A DNA stretch of 32,000 bases, taken from Wolbachia endosymbiont of Dirofilaria (Dirofilaria) immitis (GTDB lineage Bacteria > Pseudomonadota > Alphaproteobacteria > Rickettsiales > Anaplasmataceae). Positions 19,290 through 29,674 of this stretch are shown here, piece after piece; the stretch's first letter is position 1, and every line of letters begins with the position of its first letter. The stretch is from positions 60,001-92,000 of the forward strand of contig NZ_CP046578.1 in the NCBI RefSeq assembly GCF_013365455.1, read 5' to 3'. The position numbers were made by a program, and so were the translations under genes. The notes beneath the pieces were generated by a model. It searched no databases. It saw only the letters and a program-made list of their open reading frames with translations, and was not told where the DNA came from.

Positions 19290-22000
19290 TTATAAATGGC
19301 TGTGATAATATCACTATCATTACAGCCTGTTTGAACAAGTTCATCGTTTCCACTGCAACTTTTTCCAGTTACAGTAGATACTAGCTCTTTTGCACTGATT
19401 TTGTCAGCTAGGTCTTTACTTACTTTTACAATCAAAGCTGTTTTACTGGACTTCTTGCTTGGTGAGAAATTAGTAGCTCTATTTGGCATCATCCCAGTGT
19501 GTGAAGTTGGAATGATAAAGGATTGCGAAAGTGTTTTATTCTTTCCAGTTACTGTAAAAGCTATTACTGTTTTTGGCTTTTGTTGCTGCAGAACAAATTC
19601 TCTTATTATATTTACTGGAATGTCAGTAAAAGCATGACTTATAAAATATATCCTATTTATTTCGATGCTTTTTATATTTTCTATTCTTAAGAGCTTTTTA
19701 TAAAGTTTTTTTATTTTAGCTTCGAATTCTTTGCGTTCTTGATTTAAAATATCTAATCGATTTATTATCTCGCTTATTGGCGCTTTTACGGATTTTGCAA
19801 CTTTTTTTAAGTTAATTTCATTATTACGGACATAATTAATTGCTTCTTGACCAGTTAGGGCTTCGATTCTTCTTACTCCAGATGAAATAGAACATTCTGT
19901 TACTATTTTAAATAAACCTATTTCTCCAGTGCATTCTACATGTGTCCCACTACATAATTCTTTTGAGTCTCCAATGTTTACAACCCTGACCTGATCACCA
20001 TATTTTTTGCCAAACGATGCTATAGCTCCTTCACTCATTGCCTGGTTTATGCTCTGAATTTTTGTGGACGTGGAAAGATTTGCTCTTATTAAAAAGTTTA
20101 CCATATCTTCTATTAAAAACAGCTGATTTTGAGTAACTTGAGTGTTATGGCTGAAGTCAAATCTTAATCTATCTGATGCAACTAAAGAACCTTTTTGAGT
20201 AATGTGATCACCTAAGGTTTTTTTCAGTACAAAGTGTAAAAGATGTGTAGCTGAGTGATTCATTCTTATGCTCTTTCTTTTTTCCTTATCAATGGTTGCT
20301 GTGACTATGTCACCTTTATGAATTGAACCAGATTTAACTATGCATCTGTGTAGATATAAGTCTTTAATTTTATTGGTATTTTCTACTGTAACTATACCTT
20401 GAATAGTATGATTTGTAGTACATGATTGGTTATTTTTTTTGTGAATCTCAGCGCTTATCAATGGGGTAGCAAAGAGAAACTCTCCAACATCCCCAGATTG
20501 TCCACCTGATTCACCATAAAAAGGCGTTTTATCAAGTATGATAGTTATCTTATCTCCCTTTTGTGCAGAGTTAATAACTTTATTTTTAGGGGAAATTATG
20601 GCTAGTACTTTTGCATCCTTTGCTTCACTAGACTCATAACCAATGAATTCTGTTTTGCCAAATTTATCAATCAAATCAAACCATACTTGCTTAACGGATT
20701 TTTCGCCAGGTCCTACTACTACCCATTTAGCACGTGCTCTTTCCTTCTGTTCTTCCATTGCGTTATCAAAACCCTTTTGGTCAAAATTTATTCTTCTCTC
20801 TTTTAAAATATCAAGCGTGATATCTAAGGGGAATCCATAAGTATCATATAGCTTAAATGCTGATTTTCCTGATAGAGTATCACCTGGTTTTAAATCTGCA
20901 ATAAATTTTTCTAAGAGATTGATACCTTTCACCAAAGTATCTTTAAAGTTCTCTTCCTCTGATTTTAATGTTATTTCTATTAAGCTTTTAGCTCTAATTA
21001 ACTCAGGGTAAATATCTCCCATATAAGCTGAGCTTGAGCTATCTATTAATACTGGAAAAATATGATGAAGAAGGGGTTTATTATATCCAAGCTGGTGAAT
21101 ATAACATGCAGCTCTCCTGATCAATCTACGTAATACATAACTTCTGCCTTCGTTTCCAGGAAGCATTCCTTCTGCAATTAGAAATGCAGCTGAACGAAGA
21201 TGATCTGCGATAATCTTATGAGCTACTTTATTTTCTATATTTGCACAGTATCCTTGTGATTTATTTATTATGGTAGAAAATAGATCAATATCATAGTTAT
21301 CGTGAACGTTTTGCATCACAGCAGCTATTCTTTCAAGACCCATCCCAGTGTCAATGCATTTCTTTTGTAATTTTTGTAAATTGCCTTCTTCATCTTTATT
21401 GTATTCTATGAATACCAAATTCCAAATTTCAACAGTTCTGTCATTATCTTGTAAGTTGGGCTTTGCATGATCGAAAAGAATTTCAGAACATGGACCACAT
21501 GGACCAGTGTTGCCCATGCTCCAAAAGTTGTCTTCTGTTGCAATTCTTATGATTTTATCATCTGAAAAACCACTTACCTTGCGCCAAATTTTGTATGATT
21601 CATTATCAGTATGATAAATGGTTATAGATAATCTGCTTTTGTCAAGAGATAATTCTTCGGTAATAAATTTCCATGCAAGTTCTATTGCTGTTTCTTTAAA
21701 GTAATCACCAAAGCTAAAATTCCCAAGCATTTCAAAGAATGTATGGTGCCTAGTCGTATAACCAACGTTTTCTAGATCATTATGTTTACCGCCGGCCCTT
21801 AAACACTTTTGACTTGAAACAGCACGTTCAGCTTCAATTTTTTGTAAACCAGTAAAGCAGTTTTTGAACTGCACCATGCCAGCATTTGTAAACATAAGTG
21901 TTGTGTCGTGTTCTGGAATTAAAGGAGAAGAAGGAATATGCTTGTGATTGTTATTTACGAAAAAATTTATGAATCTTTCCCTAATTTCGTTTAGCTTCAT
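19274..22000 (-). CDS. alaS: Alanyl-tRNA synthetase, with an apparent in-frame insertion in the C-terminal domain
   Basis: 908-aa ORF. '[10 protein letters not shown]', '[18 protein letters not shown]', '[10 protein letters not shown]', editing-site 'HSATHLLH' and 'CSGTHV'. Confidence 0.95.
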   Translation of the reverse strand: MKLNEIRERFINFFVNNNHKHIPSSPLIPEHDTTLMFTNAGMVQFKNCFTGLQKIEAERAVSSQKCLRAGGKHNDLENVGYTTRHHTFFEMLGNFSFGDYFKETAIELAWKFITEELSLDKSRLSITIYHTDNESYKIWRKVSGFSDDKIIRIATEDNFWSMGNTGPCGPCSEILFDHAKPNLQDNDRTVEIWNLVFIEYNKDEEGNLQKLQKKCIDTGMGLERIAAVMQNVHDNYDIDLFSTIINKSQGYCANIENKVAHKIIADHLRSAAFLIAEGMLPGNEGRSYVLRRLIRRAACYIHQLGYNKPLLHHIFPVLIDSSSSAYMGDIYPELIRAKSLIEITLKSEEENFKDTLVKGINLLEKFIADLKPGDTLSGKSAFKLYDTYGFPLDITLDILKERRINFDQKGFDNAMEEQKERARAKWVVVGPGEKSVKQVWFDLIDKFGKTEFIGYESSEAKDAKVLAIISPKNKVINSAQKGDKITIILDKTPFYGESGGQSGDVGEFLFATPLISAEIHKKNNQSCTTNHTIQGIVTVENTNKIKDLYLHRCIVKSGSIHKGDIVTATIDKEKRKSIRMNHSATHLLHFVLKKTLGDHITQKGSLVASDRLRFDFSHNTQVTQNQLFLIEDMVNFLIRANLSTSTKIQSINQAMSEGAIASFGKKYGDQVRVVNIGDSKELCSGTHVECTGEIGLFKIVTECSISSGVRRIEALTGQEAINYVRNNEINLKKVAKSVKAPISEIINRLDILNQERKEFEAKIKKLYKKLLRIENIKSIEINRIYFISHAFTDIPVNIIREFVLQQQKPKTVIAFTVTGKNKTLSQSFIIPTSHTGMMPNRATNFSPSKKSSKTALIVKVSKDLADKISAKELVSTVTGKSCSGNDELVQTGCNDSDIITAIYNYLAR
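19487..19517. repeat. Palindromic-element unit (core hairpin) translated in frame within alaS
   Basis: 'catcatcccagtgtgtgaagttggaatgata'. The arms tcatcccag/ttggaatga pair 9 bp with one mismatch and one G-T. 17 of 26 positions are identical to the ileS unit 'tcatttcaacatgtgactctagaatc'. The flank 'cgaaag' (19526-19531) matches the spacer in the reverse complement of the ileS copy. Encodes '[11 protein letters not shown]' on the minus strand. Confidence 0.6.
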
Positions 22001-25000
22001 TGTTTTTGAGGTTATTTATGAATAATAAGTTGTAATGAGGGTAAAATCAATTTACTGATCTAAATATTAATATATTACATTTAGTGTAACAAAAATGATT
22101 CTTATATAAAAATTTTAGTAAAAAATTATAGTCTCAAGTAGTCTGTTCAAATAATATAGAGATATTTATTAATTAAAGCAATATTTTTATTGATTAACTT
22201 AGAGGATATAAAATATCTATGAAATTATTACTAGGTAATATGGGATAGATATAGATTATCTGAAAAGTAATCGGTTTTATCAATTTAATTACAAATGATG
22301 AAATAGAAATTTGTTCCTCTTTGTATATTTGACATTCATGTAATTTTTGAAGTTGAAGTAGGTGATAAAGACCTTAAAAAAATTATGGTATTTAGTAATT
22401 CAATAGTCGGTGGGTAATAAATTTTGCAGTAAGTTATCTGTACTGAGAATAGCTGAGTTAAGTGATAAAGTGTGGCCTATATACCTTAAGATAAAAAAAC
22501 GTTGAGCTTGGCGCTTGTCGTTAAAGAGTTTTTAGATTGAGTTATTCCATCCTTGAGTGAATTTTTATTATCTAATATATAAAGAGAAAGAATAAACAAT
22601 ACTGTAAAAGTATATAAGATAACTACAATTACAGAAAGTACTGTAATTTGACAGCACAACAGCAAAGCTATCTCTGACTTTAATAAATTAGAAGAATACA
22701 CTACTGAAAGTAGTTAACTGTAGGATACGAGCTACTAAAAGGTTAATGTTGCTAAGTATTATAGTAACAAGATTTCTAGATTTAAACCAACATCTACTAC
22801 CGGAAAGGTTAATTATTGAGGTATATGAAGGTAGAGTAAATATATTGTGTAGAATTAGCTCTTTGAAACAATAAGAATTTTATTTTGCATTAAATAAAAT
22901 TGGTGGAGGAATTAGCTATATAATGAAAGGAAAAAAGATTGAAATGCTGATAATAAAATTGTAGTTAAGGACATAAGAGGTGTTGTTTTCTGTTCTAATA
23001 ACTTTATATCAAGGGCTATAACTACCATCTAAGTAATATGGGTGGAGTGTTGTTTAAATTGCCAGACGGACTGTAGTGGTTACTGGAATAATGGTAGTAG
23101 AATTTAATGCTGAGTGCTTGTGTTATATGAGTGCTAGGACTGTTAACTGCTGTTGTGGGGTTAAATATTGGCCTTTGATATAGGAGAAAAAAAAGAATAG
23201 TGCTTAAAAAAAGCTGGTATAGGAAGGAAAGAGGTAAGGTGTTGGCTGAAGAAGATCCTCTACTTGATAAAGTATAAGCATTGAGCAAGGAACGTATAGG
23301 TCTTTTTGACTTAATATTTAATCAGTTATAGAAAGAGCTGCTGTATTATTCTCTGTTTGTAGATCTTTTATACTAAAACTAGTATAAAAATCTGAACATC
23401 ACTTGAAATTTGTGTGCTTTTAAACAAAAACAAGTTATAGGAGCACATTCTCTTGTTGTTTCTAGTTGATTAACCACTCACATTCATCATTCTTAATTAA
23501 CTGTATATAATTTATTGCAGCTTTGTGATAAAATTTTGCAGTGGATAAAAGTAATCAAAAGAAGAAACGTTTCTTTACTGTGTTTAGGCCTATATTAAGC
23601 ATCAAATTTTCCTTTAAATATCAATTCTGAAAACATATCTATGTTATTTTTGAATATACCTCTAAGTCACTCTATAACATTCAATATATATGTTATCTTA
23701 ATAATTTAAACCTTTGCTCTTATATTTGCTAAGCATGCTTTTCACTTTGGAGTTAAAATTGAATGCCTTTATTTCAATTTTATTCGTATTGTTTAATCTA
23801 TTAGTTAATTTTATATTAGAATTCTCCATGAGTTTTGCAACTCTACCTTTGTTTTTTTATTTCTATTAAGAGTTGGTGCTAGTTAATGTCTGGAATATTT
23901 ACAACAACTTATGTGTGTTTAGTGTCATGTTTATTTAGAACCTTGAGAGTAATATATTTCACAGCTGCTTATTTAAATGTTTTTTTCTTTGGTGCTATAA
24001 TAAAAGGTTGACGGCCATGACATTACTCCCGTCAATTGTAGTGGAAAATAGGTCTTTTTTATTATATGTTTGAGTGATGCTAATTACTGCATCTAATTGA
24101 TTGGCTAAGCAGAATTTGTAAAAAAAAGCAAAAATAAATGGGACTAGAAAGTTTCAGGTACTACTACATATTAAACTTTGTAGTTTTGATTTTGTTGTTT
24201 ATAATGCCTACTGAAAAGTGGGTAGTTCTATTTAAGTCTAAACTCTTTTAAATCTAAATATTTTGCTATATATTCAACAGCAGCAGAACCAATGCTGAAA
24301 GATTTTTGATAAAAAGATTCATCAAATTTTTCCCTTTTTGTAGATGGTAAATTATTTAGGATTTAATAATTAAGCTATAATTGGATAAACTTTCTCTGAA
24401 AGAGTAAAGGTTTTTGTGTTTAACGTAAAATTTATAAAAGAATATTAATTAAGTTATATAATCTTTTTTTACAGTTCTGCGTAAAATTTACTTTTTATGA
24501 CTAAGACGTTTATAAACTTAGCTTTAAGGTAAAGCTAGTGATGAAGGGGAACTTACTAATTGTAGGTATTAATATCTCTATTTTATGCATATTAGTATAT
24601 ATTGTGTGTAATTTAAAATGTTATAATTTTTAAGTTATTAATAAGATTCAATATAGGGATAACAGACATAGGGCAATTTTGTGGGTTCTAATTGTATAGA
24701 GTATATGTTTTAGCATCTTATTCCTATAGTATTCTCTAGATAGGTTTAGTTCTAAAATTTATTGTACCAGTTTATATTGTATTGGCACTTTAGGTACCTT
24801 ACCTTTAATTAATTCTAGCGATTAGAGCTCTATTTTATTGTTGGAAGATGGGTAATTATTAGTATTTATTCTTTCTTCAGTGCTTAGATTCTTTAAGGTA
24901 ATAAGTGTTCATTACTGCAGAGAAAAATTTGTCATGCTGTTTATTAACATATTAATTATTATTTGTATCTAAGATAGAGTATTTTCTATAAACTATTAGC

Positions 25001-26375
25001 ATGATTTATTGATGAATTTTGATGAAATTTTACTGTGTATATTTATATGATATCCGGAGTATTACTTACTTTAATTACTTATGTATATGTTACCCAAAGT
25101 TGGTTCCTAAAATTAGAGGTGAGATATTTAAAAATGAAGCAAGGTCCATACTTAATAAAGGTATTTTATTGCTAAATTTGTTTAGCTTTCTTATGATTAG
25201 AGCATTGAAAAACTTTATAAATACATAGTCTGTAACATCTGTATTAGGTGTACCCTATAGATAGGTAAGTTGTGTGTAGTATTTTGAAATAGATGCTGAC
25301 TTTAGCTTTAGGTATTTATTATTTTCCTTATATATTGGTAAAGGATGCAACTAAGCACTATAGGATAATAGTTTCTTGGAATATCACTATGATAATTGTG
25401 TTCTTACTGATTTTTATGTTCACTATTAGTATAGCTTTAACATTCTCATATTACTTTCGGTATTTACCTTGCTTTTGACTACTAGAGTTTGTAAACTGTG
25501 TGCAAGATAATGTAGTAGTAAATGCTAAGACCTGTAGATAATTCTATGGCTGTGAATTCTGGTTACTAAAATCAAAGCGTACCATAAGAAGTTAATTTTC
25601 CTTTTTAGGAAAGGGGTTGCTTTGTTGCATAGCGAGCTAGATAATCATAAGAAATTTATGTAGCTAATTTGAGAATGTGTTTGTTATGTTTTTTTAATTT
25701 GACTTTTCTAGTAGGCTACTACTTTTTTGTGTGGGTGGTTTTAATCATTTTGATAAAAATGCTCTTTGTTAAATACTCTGAATGCTATGACAGAAGAAGA
25801 GTATTTATAATACAGGTAATACATTGTGCTATTAATTGGTGGTATTGATTGTGTTTGTACACTATCAATTTTTTTTTACTTTTTTATCTCTTACTCTGTT
25901 TATAGCACTCGTGTATAGCATATTTATACCTGTAGTTGTATCTCAATTGCTGCAGATAGCTATAAAAGTAATGAAGCAGTGAAATTTATTGAAAACATAA
26001 GTTCTATTATCGTGGCTGTTATGGTGATTAACTCGGTTTTAGGTAGGTTATATCAATAAAATTGATGAGTAACAACATAACATTTATGTAAACGTCGCAA
26101 TAATTATACTATTGGATTTCTATTACTTTTTGATAGGCATGATTGCATTTAATGTTTACCTACTACTTAGCAATATCACCTATAATTACTTTTTATATCA
26201 GTTATAAAATCTGTCAGACAGTGCTAATTAGAGGTGTAAACTTCTTCTTGTTTTATTTATATCAGATTCTTTATTGACTTGTCAAATTGTGTTTTTTGTG
26301 GTAGTACTGGAACTCATTTTTACTACTTGTTTTATGCCTTTGAAGGACACAATATGGTTGATGTAGATATGTATA

Positions 26376-27497
26376 CTAATTTTCTCCTGCTAACCTTTCT
26401 GCTTCGTTACGTGAAATTAATGCTTCAATAAATTCATCTAGCTCGCCTTCTTTTATAATCTGCTCTAGCCGATGTGAAGTTAGATTGATTCTATGATCTG
26501 TTATTCTTGATTGTGGAAAGTTATAAGTTCTTATACGTTCAGAACGATCTCCAGAGCCAATTTGGCTTTTCCTCATTGTTGATCTTTCTATCTCTTTTTT
26601 TTGCCTTTCAATTTCGTATAGCCTTGCTCTCAGCACTTTAAGCGCTTTGGCCTTATTTTTGTGCTGAGATTTTTCATCTTGCTGTATTACAACTATTCCT
26701 GTTGGTAAGTGAGTAATTCTTACTGCACTATCAGTTGTGTTGACTGATTGCCCACCGGGGCCGCTAGACCTGTAGACGTCTATTCGTAAATCTTTCTCTT
26801 CTATTTTAAAATCGACTTCCTCAACTTCAGGTAATATTGCAACAGTAGCTGCTGAAGTGTGTAATCTTCCTGAAGACTCAGTTTCTGGTACTCGCTGTAC
26901 TCTGTGTACTCCTGATTCAAATTTCAGTCTTGCAAAGACTTCTGTTCCATTAACAAGTGCAGAAGCTTCCTTATAGCCACCTATACCTGTGCTAGAAATG
27001 CTTATCGGTTCAAATTTCCAGTTTCTTCTTTCTGCATATTTTTGGTACATGCGAAATAACATTGCTGCAAATAATGCTGCTTCTTCTCCTCCTATGCCTG
27101 CTCTGATTTCTAGTATTGCATTTCTTGAATCATCTTCATCTGTGGGTACTAACGCTAATTTTAGCTTGATTTTTACTTTTGGTAATAGTACTTTTTGTTT
27201 TTCGAGAAGTTCTTCTTTTGCTAACTCTTTTATATCATATTCACTGTTTTCATCTTTTAGTATTTTCTCTAAATCTGAAATTTCCTTTTTTAGCATGTTA
27301 TATTCGTTGATTATCTTAATAATTGGTTTGAGTTCAGAATATTCTTTTGAAAGGTTGATAAATTCTTTTTGACTTAAGTTAATAGGATTTCCTAGTTTTC
27401 TTTCTATTTCGTTAAACTTTTTCTTTAAATCTTGTAAATTGTTTTCTATGTCCATATAGGTCAAGTCTAATATTTTAACTATCTTAGCAAATAACAT
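26376..27497 (-). CDS. prfA: Peptide chain release factor 1
   Basis: 373-aa ORF. RF1 tripeptide 'PET' ('[17 protein letters not shown]') and GGQ ('[23 protein letters not shown]'). The likely true start is Met at 27455 ('[10 protein letters not shown]'). Confidence 0.95.
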   Translation of the reverse strand: MLFAKIVKILDLTYMDIENNLQDLKKKFNEIERKLGNPINLSQKEFINLSKEYSELKPIIKIINEYNMLKKEISDLEKILKDENSEYDIKELAKEELLEKQKVLLPKVKIKLKLALVPTDEDDSRNAILEIRAGIGGEEAALFAAMLFRMYQKYAERRNWKFEPISISSTGIGGYKEASALVNGTEVFARLKFESGVHRVQRVPETESSGRLHTSAATVAILPEVEEVDFKIEEKDLRIDVYRSSGPGGQSVNTTDSAVRITHLPTGIVVIQQDEKSQHKNKAKALKVLRARLYEIERQKKEIERSTMRKSQIGSGDRSERIRTYNFPQSRITDHRINLTSHRLEQIIKEGELDEFIEALISRNEAERLAGEN

Positions 27498-27584
27498 ATA
27501 CTTAAAATAAAAGATTTTTTACATCAAGCAATAACATTATAATATACATACTGCCTTAGATATTTCTATAATAGTGCAAGGAAG

Positions 27585-28166
27585 ATGACATCAAATAGCA
27601 ATTTTATATTTGGAGCTTCAGACATAAAATCGTTGCCGGGTGAGTCAGTTCCGGAGATTGCATTTGCCGGTAGGTCAAATGTAGGAAAATCTAGTTTAAT
27701 TAACTTGCTTATAAGTAGCAAAAAAGCTGCTAGGGTTTCTTCTAAACCTGGATGCACTAGGCAAATAAATTTTTATTCTATGTATGATAATAAGTTTAGG
27801 CTTGTTGATCTACCAGGGTATGGCTATTCTTATGCAAGCAAGGAAGAAACAATACAATATTTAAACCTAAGCAAGTATTATTTAGCTCAGAGAAGGAGCC
27901 TAAGGAGGGTGTTTGTGTTAGTGGATAGCAAAGTCGGACTAAAAGGAATAGACAAAGACTTTATTTATTGGTTAATATATAATAATATTAACTTTGATAT
28001 TGTGCTAACAAAAGTAGATAAGTTAAGTCAAAAAAATCTCGATGCAATTTTAGAAAGCACTCAAAAGTGGATTAATAATGAAAATGTGTTAATCCATCAA
28101 ATGAGCACCCGTGTTAAATGTAAAATAACCAAGGTAAGAGATGAATTTTTTAAGTTTACAAAGTAA
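27585..28166 (+). CDS. engB: Ribosome-biogenesis GTPase EngB/YihA
   Basis: 193-aa ORF. G1 'GRSNVGKSSLIN', G3 'DLPGYG', G4 'TKVDK'. Confidence 0.9.
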   Translation: MTSNSNFIFGASDIKSLPGESVPEIAFAGRSNVGKSSLINLLISSKKAARVSSKPGCTRQINFYSMYDNKFRLVDLPGYGYSYASKEETIQYLNLSKYYLAQRRSLRRVFVLVDSKVGLKGIDKDFIYWLIYNNINFDIVLTKVDKLSQKNLDAILESTQKWINNENVLIHQMSTRVKCKITKVRDEFFKFTK

Positions 28167-29079
28167 AAAGATGAAGAGCAGTGAATTTTCAAATGGTGAG
28201 ATATCATTTAAGCAAAAGACAGAAATATTGCTTGAAGTGCTATCTAATATACCTAACTTTGTAGGGGAAACTTTTGTTATAAAATGTGGTGGTGTGGCAG
28301 TCTCAGATGAAACACTGTTTAATACTTTTGTGCATAATATTGTCTTGTTGAAACAACTTGGCATAAATCCAGTTATAGTACATGATGGGGAGCGTGAAAT
28401 TGATTCTGTGCTGAAAACCTTGGGTATAGGTAGTAAATTTGTGAATAATATTAGACTTACAGATAAAGACACTATGAAGATCATAGAAATGGCGTTATGT
28501 GGTTCAGTGAATAAGAAAATTGTCCAGCGTATAAATTCTGCTGGTGGTTCAGCTATTGGATTGTGTGGAAAGGATGGCAACCTGATAAAAGCTGAAAAAG
28601 TAAGCACTACGCTGAGAGAAAATGGGTCAGACAATATTGAAAGAATATTAGACATGGGATTTATTGGTATGCCAATTGAGATTAACCCTGATATATTATT
28701 TTTTATTGAGGAATCAGATTTTATACCGGTTATTGCACCTGTTGGTCATGGAAGAAGTGGGGAGACATATCACATCGATGCTGATAGTGCTGCAAGTGCG
28801 ATAGCAATTGCAGTTTCTGCATCTAAGATGATCACTTTTAGTGATACAGAAGAAATAGATAAAATTGGTAGTAGAAGAATATCTATTAAAAATTTAAATA
28901 CATCAATTAATTGTGGTAAAATTAGAGGGGAAAGACTTATTGAAAAACTTATAGCATGCACTAAAATGGTAGAAGAATGTGCTGGAATCGCTCATATAGT
29001 TGATGGTAGAATACCTAATGTTATGATTGATTTATTTACTGAGAATAATTCGAGTATATCAGTTATGAGTGATTTATAG
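28141..29079 (+). CDS. argB: Amino-acid-kinase family protein, acetylglutamate kinase (ArgB) homologue with degenerate active-site motifs
   Basis: 312-aa ORF. ArgB-like 'FVIKCGG', 'NPVIVHDGEREID', 'IPVIAPVG', 'HIDADSAASAIA', 'GIAHIVDGR'. The track start overlaps engB by 26 nt; an alternative Met at 28171 lies 5 nt after the engB stop. Confidence 0.8.
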   Translation: MNFLSLQSKKMKSSEFSNGEISFKQKTEILLEVLSNIPNFVGETFVIKCGGVAVSDETLFNTFVHNIVLLKQLGINPVIVHDGEREIDSVLKTLGIGSKFVNNIRLTDKDTMKIIEMALCGSVNKKIVQRINSAGGSAIGLCGKDGNLIKAEKVSTTLRENGSDNIERILDMGFIGMPIEINPDILFFIEESDFIPVIAPVGHGRSGETYHIDADSAASAIAIAVSASKMITFSDTEEIDKIGSRRISIKNLNTSINCGKIRGERLIEKLIACTKMVEECAGIAHIVDGRIPNVMIDLFTENNSSISVMSDL

Positions 29080-29101
29080 TTTATACGCTATAACTTGATC
29101 T

Positions 29102-29569
29102 TTGGTATGTAGAGTGGAAAAAATTAGAGTGGAGATAAAAAAATTATTACATGGTGAAGGTTTACCTCTTCCGTGCTATGCAACTGCGCAGAGTGCTGGT
29201 ATGGATCTTTATGCAGCATTGGATGATTTTGTGATTTTAAATCCACTTGAAAGATTACTTGTTCCAACTGGGATTATAATTGCAATACCAAATGGTTTCG
29301 AGGGACAAATTCGCCCGCGTTCTGGCCTTGCTGTAAAATATGGGGTCACTATCTTAAATTCTCCTGGTACTGTAGATTCTGATTATCGAGGTGAGGTTAG
29401 AGTTTGCTTAATTAATCTAAGTAACCAACCTTATAAAATAGAAAGGGGAGATAGAATTGCACAAATCCTTATTACTTCTGTATCTTGGGTAGTTTGGAGT
29501 AATACAGAAAAGTTTTATATAGAAGAAACTGATCGAGATGCAGGCGGTTTTGGTTCAAGTGGTAGATAG
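29102..29569 (+). CDS. dut: dUTP diphosphatase
   Basis: 155-aa ORF. 'AGMDLYA', 'RPRSGLA', 'GTVDSDYRGEV', 'GDRIAQ', C-terminal 'GGFGSSGR'. The start is uncertain (TTG at 29102 or GTG at 29114). Confidence 0.9.
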   Translation: MVCRVEKIRVEIKKLLHGEGLPLPCYATAQSAGMDLYAALDDFVILNPLERLLVPTGIIIAIPNGFEGQIRPRSGLAVKYGVTILNSPGTVDSDYRGEVRVCLINLSNQPYKIERGDRIAQILITSVSWVVWSNTEKFYIEETDRDAGGFGSSGR

Positions 29570-29662
29570 TTCATGTAAATGCTGCTTAGTTAGTTTTTAC
29601 GTTAAAAATTTCTTGACTGGGGTAGTTTTTACATATAGCTTTAGTATATTAATGATTTATCA

Positions 29663-29668
29663 AAGAGG
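29663..29668 (+). promoter_or_regulatory. Shine-Dalgarno sequence of the 210-aa ORF
   Basis: 'aagagg' lies 6 nt upstream of ATG 29675. This is the best ribosome-binding site I see in the window. Confidence 0.55.
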
Positions 29669-29674
29669 TTAATA

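Noticed and set aside
21341-21356. 'catcccagtgtcaatg' in alaS, which looks like another palindromic-element unit
   Set aside because: It encodes the universally conserved AlaS motif IDTGMG on the minus strand and has no partner arm. It is a chance identity of a 10-mer, and a caution for the 19487-19517 call.
22486-25478. Short ORFs in the gene desert (22486-22701-, 23022-23288-, 25019-25228+, 25293-25478+) as possible small membrane-protein or toxin genes
   Set aside because: They have no ribosome-binding sites, no pairing or operon structure and no terminators, and they are flanked by same-frame stop-rich debris. They are better explained as fragments of dead genes.
26989-28961. Antisense or overlapping ORFs at 26989-27372(+), 27566-27757(-), 28089-28655(-), 28770-28961(-), and also 29701-30015(-)
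   Set aside because: Each lies opposite a well-supported gene (prfA, engB, argB-like, 210-aa ORF) and has Ser/Phe/Ile-rich shadow-frame composition. There is no independent support.
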